Origin: Syntrophorhabdaceae bacterium
GTDB lineage: Bacteria; Desulfobacterota; Deferrimicrobia; Deferrimicrobiales; Deferrimicrobiaceae
Reading direction: 5' to 3'
Assembly (NCBI GenBank): GCA_009783195.1
Contig: WRHP01000003.1
Coordinates: 4,096 to 68,095 of the forward strand
Length of the DNA: 64,000 nt
This document shows, piece after piece, positions 45,607 through 55,068 of this stretch (within the stretch, counting starts at the first letter, position 1; each line of letters starts with the position of its first letter). The notes beneath the pieces were generated by a model that saw nothing but the letters and a program-made list of their open reading frames with translations, had not been told where the DNA came from and did no database searches. The translations under genes and the position numbers were made by a program.

Positions 45607-45864
45607 TCACATCCTTGTGTTCGTTGAACCTTGGCACCCAATACCGCGCAATAAATAACCTCATGGTCGGCGCATTGCTGTTTTGGGAATAGGTCTATCC
45701 CAACACCGCCATGTGGATACGCGGCCTCCATGCGACGTATAACCTCTTTTACGACGACAAACCCGGCTTCTTCGTAACTGTGGGCTTTAGCTTTAGCCGC
45801 TTGCGCGCCTCAAATTTCTAAAATCAGACCATCGCGCCGACGTAACATACCGGCTTCAAGAAAT

Positions 45865-45903
45865 AAAAAAAAACCGCCCCGGGGGTCGGGTATCCCGAGG
45901 CGG
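45865..45903 (-). terminator. Strong intrinsic terminator (minus strand)
   Basis: Minus strand reads CCGCCTCGGG-(10-nt loop)-CCCGGGGCGG (10 bp, one G-T pair), followed by T9. Confidence 0.75.
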
Positions 45904-46204
45904 CCGCCGGAAACACCTCAAAAAAAGACTTAATGGAGGAGGCCCGACGTTTTCATAAATTCACGTTATTACGCGCTGCAAAAGATCTTCACAATACCTT
46001 TGACGTTAACCTTCTTTAGAGCATTTTCATAGCGGTTTGACACTCACACCCGGCGAATCAAATGCGCGCCGGCGAAAAAACAACCGCTACCGGCAACGCC
46101 TGCCGCATGATGTATGATAGCCTCCGCATGCTCTCCGCCGCATTCTTATAAATTCATCCGGTCGCGCGCATTTATTTCCACAACTAAAAAACCACAAAGA
46201 CAAA

Positions 46205-46672
46205 TCAATCGGCTGATATCAGAAAAATGAGTACTCCGGACTCGTAAACGGGACCGCCGACCAGAACCATCCCTCCACGAGACAACCCAAGCGTCGTTCC
46301 CAGAAGCTTCTTCTCCTTTTCCTGGATGCGGACGTATAGCCGAACTTTTTTTTCATCCACGAAAAGCACTTTGATCCGCATGGAACGCTTGTCAGGAAGC
46401 TCAAAATCGTTCTTTTCCCCCTCTGACAACCTTTGCCGCTTCCTGTCGAGCAGCCTGTAGGAAGAATAGTCGAACATGTATTCCAGCTTGCCCCGAATGT
46501 GAACAAGCGAAGGATCTATCTCTTTTCCACTGTTCGACGCATAGACGGAACCGACGTCAATAGCGATGGTGTCGGCCGCCAGGCAAAAACCCGCCGAGCC
46601 GCCGCACAAAAGGAGCAGGAAGAAAGCGGCAAACACCCATAGGCCGCGGCTACGACTTGGCATCTTCGACAA
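46205..46672 (-). CDS. Hypothetical secreted protein, third gene of ECF sigma operon
   Basis: 155 aa. Signal peptide RGLWVFAAFFLLLLCGGSAGFCLA-AD. Overlaps the anti-sigma 3' end by 23 nt. No family recognised. Confidence 0.6.
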   Translation of the reverse strand: MSKMPSRSRGLWVFAAFFLLLLCGGSAGFCLAADTIAIDVGSVYASNSGKEIDPSLVHIRGKLEYMFDYSSYRLLDRKRQRLSEGEKNDFELPDKRSMRIKVLFVDEKKVRLYVRIQEKEKKLLGTTLGLSRGGMVLVGGPVYESGVLIFLISAD

Positions 46673-47132
46673 TCCAGATCACCCGGGGCAAGTCCTCCCC
46701 CATATTCAACTGCGTAACGACAGCAATGTCGGATTCCACATCTTCTACGGAAACGTCGAACGTCTTCGGATTAAACGGCGACTGATCCGGCCCCGCAGGG
46801 TATAACAGAAGCGCGAAAAGAATAAGAGCAAACGCCCCCGCGGAGAAGGCCGTCCAGCTCCGGCGGCTCAAAACACCGCCAATCGGCTTTTTCTCTTCGA
46901 TCCCCGCGCGAACGCGGGTCCACATCATATCAAGGCCGCTTTGCGCTGAAACCGCGCGAGCGTCAATGCCGGATCTCAAAAGCCGCCCCACAGCAATCGA
47001 GCGGGACTGCTCGTCGGCGCACTCACGGCACGAGGAAAGATGCGCGTCGAGTTCCTTCTCCGCGCCGGGCGGTAACAAACCGTCCGCCCGCTTTTCTATC
47101 AACGTTTTTGCGGCCCCGCAATCAATGGTCAT
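46650..47132 (-). CDS. Anti-sigma factor (zf-HC2, single-pass membrane)
   Basis: 160 aa. HLSSCRECADE (HxxxCxxC) and TM helix WTAFSAGAFALILFALLLY. 4-nt overlap with the sigma gene. Confidence 0.75.
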   Translation of the reverse strand: MTIDCGAAKTLIEKRADGLLPPGAEKELDAHLSSCRECADEQSRSIAVGRLLRSGIDARAVSAQSGLDMMWTRVRAGIEEKKPIGGVLSRRSWTAFSAGAFALILFALLLYPAGPDQSPFNPKTFDVSVEDVESDIAVVTQLNMGEDLPRVIWIVEDAKS

Positions 47133-47725
47133 GTCAATTTCTCCAAACTCACGCCCAAGGCGTTTTTCAGTTTCTCACGGGCATAATGAAGCCGAGACAT
47201 AATGGTTCCGATTGAACAGCCAAGCGTCTTCGATATTTCCTCGTAAGTCATCCCTTCCACTTCCCGCAACAGGATTACAGCCCGGTGGTGCTCCGGTAGA
47301 GCCGCAATCTCTTTCCGGATAATCTCCTGCAGCTCGCGGCTCATCAAAATCTCTTCAGGCGTCGCCGGATGTCCTTCAAAATCCGCGGGAAGGGCATACT
47401 CCGTAAGAAACGCCTCGTCCAAAGGAACTTCCCCCGACCGGTTGATCTTTCTCCACCGATCAATAGCCTGGTTCACCATCAAGCGGTAAAACCACGTGTA
47501 AAAGTTAGAGCCGAACCGGAACTCCCCCAGCTTGTAATAAGCTTTCACGAACGATTCCTGAACGACGTCTAACGCCTCATCACGCCTTCCGACAATGCCC
47601 ACAACGACCTTGAATGCCCTGGTTTTATACCTTTCGACCAGCTCGGCAAACGCTTCCTGTTTACCGTTTTGCGCCGCGCGGATCAGATCGTCGTCGGAAT
47701 CTCCCTTTCCTTTCATCTTTTTCAT
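47129..47725 (-). CDS. ECF (sigma-70 group 4) RNA polymerase sigma factor
   Basis: 198 aa. Region 2 ALDVVQESFVKAY...WFYRLMVNQAIDRWRK and region 4 HTH MTYEEISKTLGCSIGTIMSRLHYAREKL. Confidence 0.88.
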   Translation of the reverse strand: MKKMKGKGDSDDDLIRAAQNGKQEAFAELVERYKTRAFKVVVGIVGRRDEALDVVQESFVKAYYKLGEFRFGSNFYTWFYRLMVNQAIDRWRKINRSGEVPLDEAFLTEYALPADFEGHPATPEEILMSRELQEIIRKEIAALPEHHRAVILLREVEGMTYEEISKTLGCSIGTIMSRLHYAREKLKNALGVSLEKLT

Positions 47726-47769
47726 AGGACGGTATATTTCCTCGGATTATTCATATAAATCGAACAATT

Positions 47770-50346
47770 TCAGTGTATTTCCCCCCAGTTCTTCCCCCGG
47801 TTCACCGAAACCGTCAACGGCACGGAAAGCGTGGCCGCTCTTTCCATCGCGCTTATCAGTATCCTCGAAGCCTCGTCCGCCTCATGGTCAGGCGCCTCTA
47901 CTATCAATTCATCGTGAACCTGGAGAATCAGCCGTGATTTCATTGTCTTTTCCTGAAACTCATGGTCAACCAGAATCATTGCGCGCTTGATCAGATCCGC
48001 GGCGCTTCCCTGAATCGGCGTGTTCACAGCCATCCGCTCCGCGGCTTCACGCAATATCCGGTTACGGGAATCAATGTCTTTCAGGAAACGCCGCCTTCCC
48101 ATCGCGGTGGAAACATATCCGTGTTTCCGGGCGCTTTCCTTAACCGATTCGATATATTCCATCACCTTCGGATATCGGCGGAAATACTGTTCGATGTAAT
48201 CCTTTGCCTCTTTTACGCCAATTCCAAGCTCACGGGAGAGGCCAAACGGGCTCATTCCGTAGAGAATACCAAAGTTGATCACTTTCGCCCGGCGGCGCTG
48301 CTCGTAAGTAACCTCGGCGGGCTTTGCTCCGAATACTGCCGATGCGGTGGCTGTGTGAATATCGTCCCCGTCGCGGAAACGATGAATCAACTCCTCGTCG
48401 CCGGTAAAATGGGCAAGCAGCCGCAGTTCTATCTGTGAATAGTCGGCGCCGATAAGCGCGTTTCCAGGATCGGCGACAAACCCGGCCCGTATCCGCCTGC
48501 CAAGCTCGGTCCGGATCGGAATGTTTTGCAGGTTTGGGTCGGAAGAAGAAAGCCGCCCGGTGGCGGTCTGTGTCTGGTGAAATGTGCTGTGTATCCGGCC
48601 GTCACGCGGATCAACCATATTGGGAAGGATATCCACGTATGTAGAGAGAATCTTGGCCAGGGTGCGGTATTCGAGCACAAGCGCCGGGATCTCGTGCATG
48701 CCTTTTAGCTGTTCCAGGACACTCATATCCGTGGAATAACCGGTTTTGGTCTTTTTCACCGGAGGCAACCCAAGTTTTTCGAACAGGAGAAAGGAAAGCT
48801 GCTTCGTCGAGCCAATGTTGAACTCTGGCCCCGCGACTTCCGTAACCTTTTGCCTGATAACCTCTATATCGGCCGCAAGCTCTTTTGAAAGATCCAGGAA
48901 AACCTGCGTGTCGATACGAATCCCACGCCTCTCCATCCGGTGCAGAACAGGCAAAAGCGGCATGTCCAGACTGTTGAAAACATCCAGAAGCTCCGACTCC
49001 CGAAGCGCCTTTTCCAGCGTGACGCCCAGTTCCAGCATCGCCGCCGCGCCATCCGCCGCGTTGTCCTCTCCCGATTCCCCTTTCGCCATGGAAAGCGACG
49101 CGGGAAGGTAACGCGCGCGCAGCTTGGGAAACGTAGGCGTCCCTTCTTCCGGCTGAAGAAGGTGCCCCGCCAACAGGATATCGAACAGCGCCATGTCCTC
49201 GCCTGAAGAAGAGTCCTTCCGGTAGAGCGCCTTCCCGTCGGCCAGGTAAACTTTCACCCCGCATCCGTTTAGCGCGCGCGCGGCGGCAACCGCCTCTTCC
49301 GCCGGAAGAACATGCGTGTCATATCCTTCCACGGCAAACGCCGCCCAAATCGAACGCTCTCCGTCGTATGCCATTCCCGTGGCACAAGGTTTGCCCTTGC
49401 CCAAAGCCGCAAGCAAAACTTCCGGCGAATCAACCCTTTTCCAGGAAACCTCTCTTGGAGGCAGCAACGCGGCCTGGGCAGGGATTGGAAGCGCCCCTTG
49501 CCCAAAACCAAGCTCCTCTATCAGCTTTCTGAATCCCAGGCGGTGAAACAGCGGAGCGACACGCGACACGTCGATCGGCTCTGGAGCAAACTCTTCGATC
49601 TCCTCTTCAAGCGGCACATTTCTGTCTATCGTCACCAGCTTCATTGAAAGACGCGCTGCCTCGGCGCCGTTTTCTATCTTTGTCTTGCGTGCCCCTTTAA
49701 GCTTGTCCGTATTCGACAAAATCTCTTCAAGGGAACCAAACTCCTTAAGCAGCTCCGCGGCCGTCTTTTCGCCGATGCCCGCCACCCCCGGAACGTTGTC
49801 GGACGGATCGCCCGCCAGCGCCAGCAGGTCGGTCACTTTTTCCGCCGGGATACCGAAGGTCCGCACAACCTGCTCCGGCGTAACTTCGTTTCCTTTGAGA
49901 CCGTCGCGTATCCGCACACGCTCCGAGACAAGCTGATACATATCCTTGTCGGAGGAAACGATGACTACATCCATTCCTTTCTCTTGCGCCTTCCGAGCAA
50001 GAGTGCCGATGATGTCGTCGGCTTCCACGCCGGGAACCTGCACCTTCTTTACGCCCAGCGCGTCGATTACTTCGTCAACCAGCGGCTTTTGCAGCGCCAG
50101 TTCTTCCGGCATTTTCAGCCGTGTCGACTTGTACTCCGGAAAGATAATGTGTCTTGGGGTAGGCAAAGGAGAGTCGAATACGGCAGCCACAGCAGCCGGA
50201 CGTTCCGTTCTGAGAATTTTCAGAAGAATCCGGGCCACGCCCAAAACAACATTTGTGGGCGTACCATCAGGAGCGGTAAGCCGTGGGACACCGTAAAAAA
50301 CACGGTAAAGAACGTTATGCCCGTCGATCAGATACAGGGTTGGCAT
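47770..50346 (-). CDS. polA: DNA polymerase I
   Basis: 858 aa. 5' nuclease LIDGHNVLYRVFYG. Polymerase motifs DYSQIELRLLAH, RRRAKVINFGILYG and LQVHDELIVE. Confidence 0.92.
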   Translation of the reverse strand: MPTLYLIDGHNVLYRVFYGVPRLTAPDGTPTNVVLGVARILLKILRTERPAAVAAVFDSPLPTPRHIIFPEYKSTRLKMPEELALQKPLVDEVIDALGVKKVQVPGVEADDIIGTLARKAQEKGMDVVIVSSDKDMYQLVSERVRIRDGLKGNEVTPEQVVRTFGIPAEKVTDLLALAGDPSDNVPGVAGIGEKTAAELLKEFGSLEEILSNTDKLKGARKTKIENGAEAARLSMKLVTIDRNVPLEEEIEEFAPEPIDVSRVAPLFHRLGFRKLIEELGFGQGALPIPAQAALLPPREVSWKRVDSPEVLLAALGKGKPCATGMAYDGERSIWAAFAVEGYDTHVLPAEEAVAAARALNGCGVKVYLADGKALYRKDSSSGEDMALFDILLAGHLLQPEEGTPTFPKLRARYLPASLSMAKGESGEDNAADGAAAMLELGVTLEKALRESELLDVFNSLDMPLLPVLHRMERRGIRIDTQVFLDLSKELAADIEVIRQKVTEVAGPEFNIGSTKQLSFLLFEKLGLPPVKKTKTGYSTDMSVLEQLKGMHEIPALVLEYRTLAKILSTYVDILPNMVDPRDGRIHSTFHQTQTATGRLSSSDPNLQNIPIRTELGRRIRAGFVADPGNALIGADYSQIELRLLAHFTGDEELIHRFRDGDDIHTATASAVFGAKPAEVTYEQRRRAKVINFGILYGMSPFGLSRELGIGVKEAKDYIEQYFRRYPKVMEYIESVKESARKHGYVSTAMGRRRFLKDIDSRNRILREAAERMAVNTPIQGSAADLIKRAMILVDHEFQEKTMKSRLILQVHDELIVEAPDHEADEASRILISAMERAATLSVPLTVSVNRGKNWGEIH

Positions 50347-50818
50347 CAGATTCCTGCTTAAATTCCACGACCAGCGTCCGGGCGATTATGTCTCCCGCCC
50401 GCTGCCCATCAATATCGTAGAAACCCAGGTACGCCTCGATCAACAGGACCGCGGCCCCAAGCGGGTAGGATAAATAGGATAAAAACGGCACAACCGCAAA
50501 CACGAGGTATAAAAGGAACGGAAAGATCACCGTGAGATTGCGGACTACCGAAGCATGATAATCCATGGGCTCCCGGTCAAGCCGCACGGTTTTAAGTCCT
50601 GTGATCCATTTTCCGGGACTGCGCCCGCCTGGAAAAGCGTCGCACGTCAGGATGTAAAACATGCAGGCAAGCACTCCCGCTACTCCCGGAATCTGCCACA
50701 GGCACATTCCGATGATGAGGTCCGCCGACTTCCCGACCATCCGGGTAAGATAACGCGCCTTACGCGCATCTAAAGAACGCTCAAGGCTTATTCGATACCA
50801 GCCGTCCGTACCCATCAC
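50315..50818 (-). CDS. RDD family membrane protein
   Basis: 167 aa. ARYLTRMVGKSADLIIG, GGRSPGKWITGLKTV, hydrophobic segments, and a C-terminal RAGD. The 3' end overlaps the polA start by 32 nt. Confidence 0.6.
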   Translation of the reverse strand: MMGTDGWYRISLERSLDARKARYLTRMVGKSADLIIGMCLWQIPGVAGVLACMFYILTCDAFPGGRSPGKWITGLKTVRLDREPMDYHASVVRNLTVIFPFLLYLVFAVVPFLSYLSYPLGAAVLLIEAYLGFYDIDGQRAGDIIARTLVVEFKQESDANPVSDRRA

Positions 50819-51024
50819 TCTCTCTCGCGCTCCTGCATCCGGGTGAAAAATAGAAACGCCATCGTCGGCCTGCGGTTGCCCGGCTGGACAACAAAGTGGA
50901 TCGACTCGAACCGGTAGCCTTCACTCCCCCCCCGGTTCAAGGCTTCCTCGATAGACTGGTCGCTCACTTCCGTCAATTCCGTCACGCGGTACGACAGCGC
51001 CGCGCCTGAATCCGTATCTGTCAC
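50815..51024 (-). CDS. Small DUF4177-like protein
   Basis: 69 aa. [34 protein letters not shown] resembles the DUF4177 pattern. 4-nt overlaps with both neighbours. Confidence 0.5.
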   Translation of the reverse strand: MTDTDSGAALSYRVTELTEVSDQSIEEALNRGGSEGYRFESIHFVVQPGNRRPTMAFLFFTRMQERERE

Positions 51025-52004
51025 CGCGTCACCCCTGTAAGTTTTCGCGCCGCGCGCTTCGCCGCATAGGTAATGATCAGACCGGCTCCCGCCCGCTTGA
51101 TAGACACAAGCATCTCCATCATTATGCGCTCTCCGTCAATCCAGCCAAGCTTTTCCGCCGCCTTGACCATCGAGTATTCGCCGCTGACGCTGTAGGCCGC
51201 CACCGGAACGTCGAAAGCATCGCGCACCCGGCGGACAACATCGAGGTAAGCCATAGCCGGCTTGACCATTACGATATCGGCCCCTTCGTCGATGTCGAGC
51301 GCGGTTTCGCGCAGCGCTTCAAGGATGTTGGGCGGGTCCATCTGGTAAGAACGGCGATCGCCAAAGGCCGGCGCGCTGTCGGCCGCCTCCCGGAACGGGC
51401 CGTAAAAAGCGCTGGCGTACTTGGCCGCGTAAGACATGATAGCCGTCTGGTCAAGTCCTTCCGTATCGAGCGCCGCCCGGATCGCGCCGACGCGTCCATC
51501 CATCATGTCTGACGGCGCCACAATATCGGCGCCGGCCCGCGCGTGCGAAACCGCGCTCCGCGCAATAACATCAAGCGTGGCGTCATTGTCCACTTCCTCG
51601 CCATTCAGGATGCCGCAGTGACCGTGATCGGTGTATTCGCAAAGGCAAACATCGGTGATTACCGCCAATCCGGGCTCGGCATCCTTGATCGCGCGCACGG
51701 CGGTCTGCACAATGCCGCAATCGGAATACGCTTCTTTTCCCATCGGGTCCTTTTTCCCCGGCAGGCCAAAGAGCAGGACAGCGGGAATGCCAAGTTCCGC
51801 GATCTCCCGCGCCTCTTTCACGAGATTGTCCACGGAAAGCTGGAAGACCTCCGGCATGGAAGGAATTTCCCTGCGCACACCCTTGCCGTCCATAACGAAA
51901 AGCGGACAGATCAGGTCGTCAACGGAAAGAGATGTCTCCCGAACCATACGGCGAATCGTCTCGCTGCGTCTCAGGCGGCGGGGGCGAATCTCAGGAAACC
52001 CCAT
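51021..52004 (-). CDS. hemB: Porphobilinogen synthase (delta-aminolevulinate dehydratase)
   Basis: 327 aa. RPRRLR, the Zn-type cysteine cluster [14 protein letters not shown], and IVMVKPA. Confidence 0.92.
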   Translation of the reverse strand: MGFPEIRPRRLRRSETIRRMVRETSLSVDDLICPLFVMDGKGVRREIPSMPEVFQLSVDNLVKEAREIAELGIPAVLLFGLPGKKDPMGKEAYSDCGIVQTAVRAIKDAEPGLAVITDVCLCEYTDHGHCGILNGEEVDNDATLDVIARSAVSHARAGADIVAPSDMMDGRVGAIRAALDTEGLDQTAIMSYAAKYASAFYGPFREAADSAPAFGDRRSYQMDPPNILEALRETALDIDEGADIVMVKPAMAYLDVVRRVRDAFDVPVAAYSVSGEYSMVKAAEKLGWIDGERIMMEMLVSIKRAGAGLIITYAAKRAARKLTGVTR

Positions 52005-52007
52005 CTA

Positions 52008-52781
52008 TTATTTCTCCTTCGAGAAAAAAACTTCGACGGCGCCCATTAACGCCTTCAGCGTATATGTTTCGGGCATGATGTCCACACTGAATTCCCTTTC
52101 CTTGACAGCGCGCGCAGTCACCTCGCCGATAACCGCGATATGGCTTTTCTTCAGCACCTTTCGCGCCTCCTCTTCCCCCAGCAGCGTAAACAGGTTGGAC
52201 AAGGCGGACGGCGAAGCAAAGACACAGACATCCGGCGGGCGCAGCACGATCTGCGCCGCTACTTTCTCGTCCTTCTCGGCGATAACATTACGGTAAGCAA
52301 CCACGGAGACCGCTTCTCCCGCGTCTTTTCTGATCGCTTCAGCCAGATAATCTCTCAATTCCTCGACTTGCGGGATGATGAAGCGCCTGCCGGAAACCCC
52401 ATAAGGACAAATCATCTCATAGAGCCCCTCGGCCGTATGTTTCTCCGCCTCCAGAAAGACGCGCACGCCTCTTGAAACAAGCTCACCGGTAGTACCCGGT
52501 CCGACACTGGCTACGCGCAGCCCCGAAGGCCATGACACAAGACCAAGCTGTGACGAGCGGTCGCAAAAAAAACGCGCCGCGTTTGCGCTTGAGAACAGTA
52601 TCCAGTCAAAAGATGACAGGCGGCCAATCTCCCGGTCGAGCGGCCCGCTGTCCTCCGGCGGAACCAGGCGCATCGTCGGAAAAAGCACCGGCACTCCGCC
52701 GACGCTCCGCACCAGTATGGCCAGTTCCTCGTTTTGCTCCTCGCTGCGCGTCAGAAGGATACGTTTCCCGGCAAGAGTCAT
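52008..52781 (-). CDS. hemD: Uroporphyrinogen-III synthase
   Basis: 257 aa. Lies between hemC and hemB, with a HemD-like duplicated flavodoxin-type pattern (ILLTRSEEQNEEL...FSSANAARFF). Weakly conserved family, so the call leans on position. Confidence 0.7.
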   Translation of the reverse strand: MTLAGKRILLTRSEEQNEELAILVRSVGGVPVLFPTMRLVPPEDSGPLDREIGRLSSFDWILFSSANAARFFCDRSSQLGLVSWPSGLRVASVGPGTTGELVSRGVRVFLEAEKHTAEGLYEMICPYGVSGRRFIIPQVEELRDYLAEAIRKDAGEAVSVVAYRNVIAEKDEKVAAQIVLRPPDVCVFASPSALSNLFTLLGEEEARKVLKKSHIAVIGEVTARAVKEREFSVDIMPETYTLKALMGAVEVFFSKEK

Positions 52782-53722
52782 TCTTTGCCTTCCTTTGCCT
52801 GTATATACACTTCTTCCAGAATCCGGCGTCCGCCCTTCATAAGCAGTTCCTCGGCCAGCGCAATGCCAAGCTCCTCGGGAGCGTCTAATGGACCGCTGCG
52901 GCTTCCGCGCGCGATCTCCGAGCCGTCCGGGCGTCCTACCATACCTGTTAAAAGGATCTCATTTGCTAATACCTTCGCGTACCCGGCAATAGGCGCCTGG
53001 CATCCCCCGTCAAGACGCTCCAGCATCTTTCGCTCCGCGCAAACAGCAAGCCGCGTTTCCGCATCGTTTAAAAACGCAACAGCTTTCGTAGCAAGCTCAT
53101 CATCCAGCCGCGCTTCTATCCCCAGCGCCCCCTGGCCGATTGCCGGTATGGATTGCTCTACCGACAGGTATTGACGGATCTTCCCTTCCCAGCCAAGTCG
53201 CCGAACTCCTGCGGCGGCGAGGATTACAGCGTCATACGCGCCTTCCTCCATTTTCCTGATCCGGCTATCAATGTTCCCTCGCAGGCTGACAACGCCAAGA
53301 TCCGGGCGCGCGGCAAGAAGCTGGGTCTGCCGACGCAACGAACTTGTTCCCACCCGCGCCCCTTGCGGCAGCTCTTCGAACCGTTCGTAGCGAACCGACA
53401 AGAAAGCGTCGCGCGGATCTTCCCGCTTCGTCACGCACACGATTCCAAGCCCGTCAGGCAAACCGACAGGCACATCTTTCATCGAATGAACGGCAAGATC
53501 CACCCTCCCGGAAAGCAGCGCCTCCTCGATTTCTTTGACAAAAAGCCCTTTCCCGCCAACCCGCGCCAGCGGCGTGTCCAGTATCGCATCGCCCGTTGTG
53601 CGTATCTTTACTATCTCGACGCGCAGCGACGCGGTCCGCTCCAGTTCCCTTTTTACATACTCCGCCTGCCACAAAGCCAGCATGCTCGCCCGGCTTCCCA
53701 GGCGGATCAGGCTACCGCCCAA
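52778..53722 (-). CDS. hemC: Hydroxymethylbilane synthase
   Basis: LIRLGSRASMLALWQAEYV, TTGDAILD, GGCQAPIAGYA. TTG 53722 (purine-rich SD) overlaps the hemA stop. The track start 53842 lies inside hemA. Confidence 0.88.
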   Translation of the reverse strand: MGGSLIRLGSRASMLALWQAEYVKRELERTASLRVEIVKIRTTGDAILDTPLARVGGKGLFVKEIEEALLSGRVDLAVHSMKDVPVGLPDGLGIVCVTKREDPRDAFLSVRYERFEELPQGARVGTSSLRRQTQLLAARPDLGVVSLRGNIDSRIRKMEEGAYDAVILAAAGVRRLGWEGKIRQYLSVEQSIPAIGQGALGIEARLDDELATKAVAFLNDAETRLAVCAERKMLERLDGGCQAPIAGYAKVLANEILLTGMVGRPDGSEIARGSRSGPLDAPEELGIALAEELLMKGGRRILEEVYIQAKEGKE

Positions 53723-55043
53723 CGTCTTTCCCTTTCTCCCTGTCTTCCCCGGAAGTTTCTTCAATACTCTCTTCACAGTCCGCAAGCTCGAAAAGCTCCC
53801 GAACCACCGCAATCCGCTCCGCCGGACTATGCGCTCCGCCATCCCGTTTGAGCGTAGAAACCGGAGAGTGCAGAACTTTGTTAAGGATCGCCGAAGCCAG
53901 CGACTCCATCACTTTTCTCGTCCGGGCGTCCACAGGCCCAAGCGTTGAAAGCGCCTTTCCTATCTCCGCCTCCCGGATTTCGTCGAACTTTCTCCGCAAA
54001 GATATGATCGTAGGGGTAACCTGCTGCGAATCCAGCCAGCGCTGGAAGGTTTCCAGTTCCACATTTACGATATCTTCCGCCTTCTCTCTTTCCCGCTCCC
54101 GCTCCCCGATGTTTGCCTCAATTACGTTGTTCAGGTCGTCTATATCGTAGACATATACGTTTTCAATCTGGTTTGCGTCGGGATCGATGTCCCGCGGCAC
54201 CGCCATGTCGATGAAGAACATTGGCCGATTCTTCCTGCGGCGGATAACCTCTTCAATGTCGGCACGGGCCAGGATAAAACCGGACGAACCAGTCGATGAC
54301 AACACGATGTCGGCCTGCTCAAGACGCGAGCGCAGTTCCTCGAACCGAACCGGAGTCCCTTCGAAATCCGCGGCCAGCCGTTGCGCCCGTTCGAAAGTGC
54401 GATTCGTTACAAGCAATCCGAAAACTCCGGTCGAAAGGAGGTGGCGGGCCGCCAGTTTGCTCATCTCCCCCGCGCCGATCAGCATCACGGTCTTGTCGAG
54501 CAATGACCCAAGAATCTTCTTTGCCAGTTCCACCGCGGCGTAAGAAACCGACACGGCGTTGTTGGCCACGCGCGTCTCCGTCCGGATACGCTTCGCGGCA
54601 AAGAAAGCCTTCGTGAACAGTTTATCGAGCACCGGGCCAACCGTCTTGTGTTCGGCAGCGCGCGAGTAGGCTTCCTTTACCTGCCCCAGAATCTGCGGCT
54701 CCCCAAGGATCATCGAATCGAGGCTGCCGGAAACCTGGAAGAGGTGGCGCACCGCCTCGCCCCCTTGAAAGACATAAAGATGCGGCAAAATTTTCTCGGA
54801 TGAAATGCCATGAAAAGATGAAAAGAAGCGCCGGACGGACTCCACTCCTTCGCGCTCTTTTTCCGAATAAATGCAGACCTCCACCCGATTGCATGTGGAG
54901 AGGATAACGCACTCGGAGACGCCCGGCAGCGCCGCCAGATCCGCAAGGGCGTTCCCAATCGCGTTCGCCGGAAACGCCACGCGCTCACGGACCTCTACCG
55001 GCGCCGTCCGGTGATTCATTCCGATGATAGCAATCCGATTCAT
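53712..55043 (-). CDS. hemA: Glutamyl-tRNA reductase
   Basis: 443 aa. IIGMNHRTAPVEVRE, ILSTCNRVE, VMLIGAGEMSKLAARHL. Confidence 0.92.
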   Translation of the reverse strand: MNRIAIIGMNHRTAPVEVRERVAFPANAIGNALADLAALPGVSECVILSTCNRVEVCIYSEKEREGVESVRRFFSSFHGISSEKILPHLYVFQGGEAVRHLFQVSGSLDSMILGEPQILGQVKEAYSRAAEHKTVGPVLDKLFTKAFFAAKRIRTETRVANNAVSVSYAAVELAKKILGSLLDKTVMLIGAGEMSKLAARHLLSTGVFGLLVTNRTFERAQRLAADFEGTPVRFEELRSRLEQADIVLSSTGSSGFILARADIEEVIRRRKNRPMFFIDMAVPRDIDPDANQIENVYVYDIDDLNNVIEANIGEREREREKAEDIVNVELETFQRWLDSQQVTPTIISLRRKFDEIREAEIGKALSTLGPVDARTRKVMESLASAILNKVLHSPVSTLKRDGGAHSPAERIAVVRELFELADCEESIEETSGEDREKGKDVGR

Positions 55044-55068
55044 TGCGCTTTAAGGGGTTTCCTTATCC

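Noticed and set aside
45408-45731. 107-aa minus-strand ORF overlapping the ubiE 3' end
   Set aside because: Two thirds of it is antisense to ubiE. The non-overlapping part has no SD or recognisable family. It is at most a decayed remnant (mentioned under the 45607-46204 finding).
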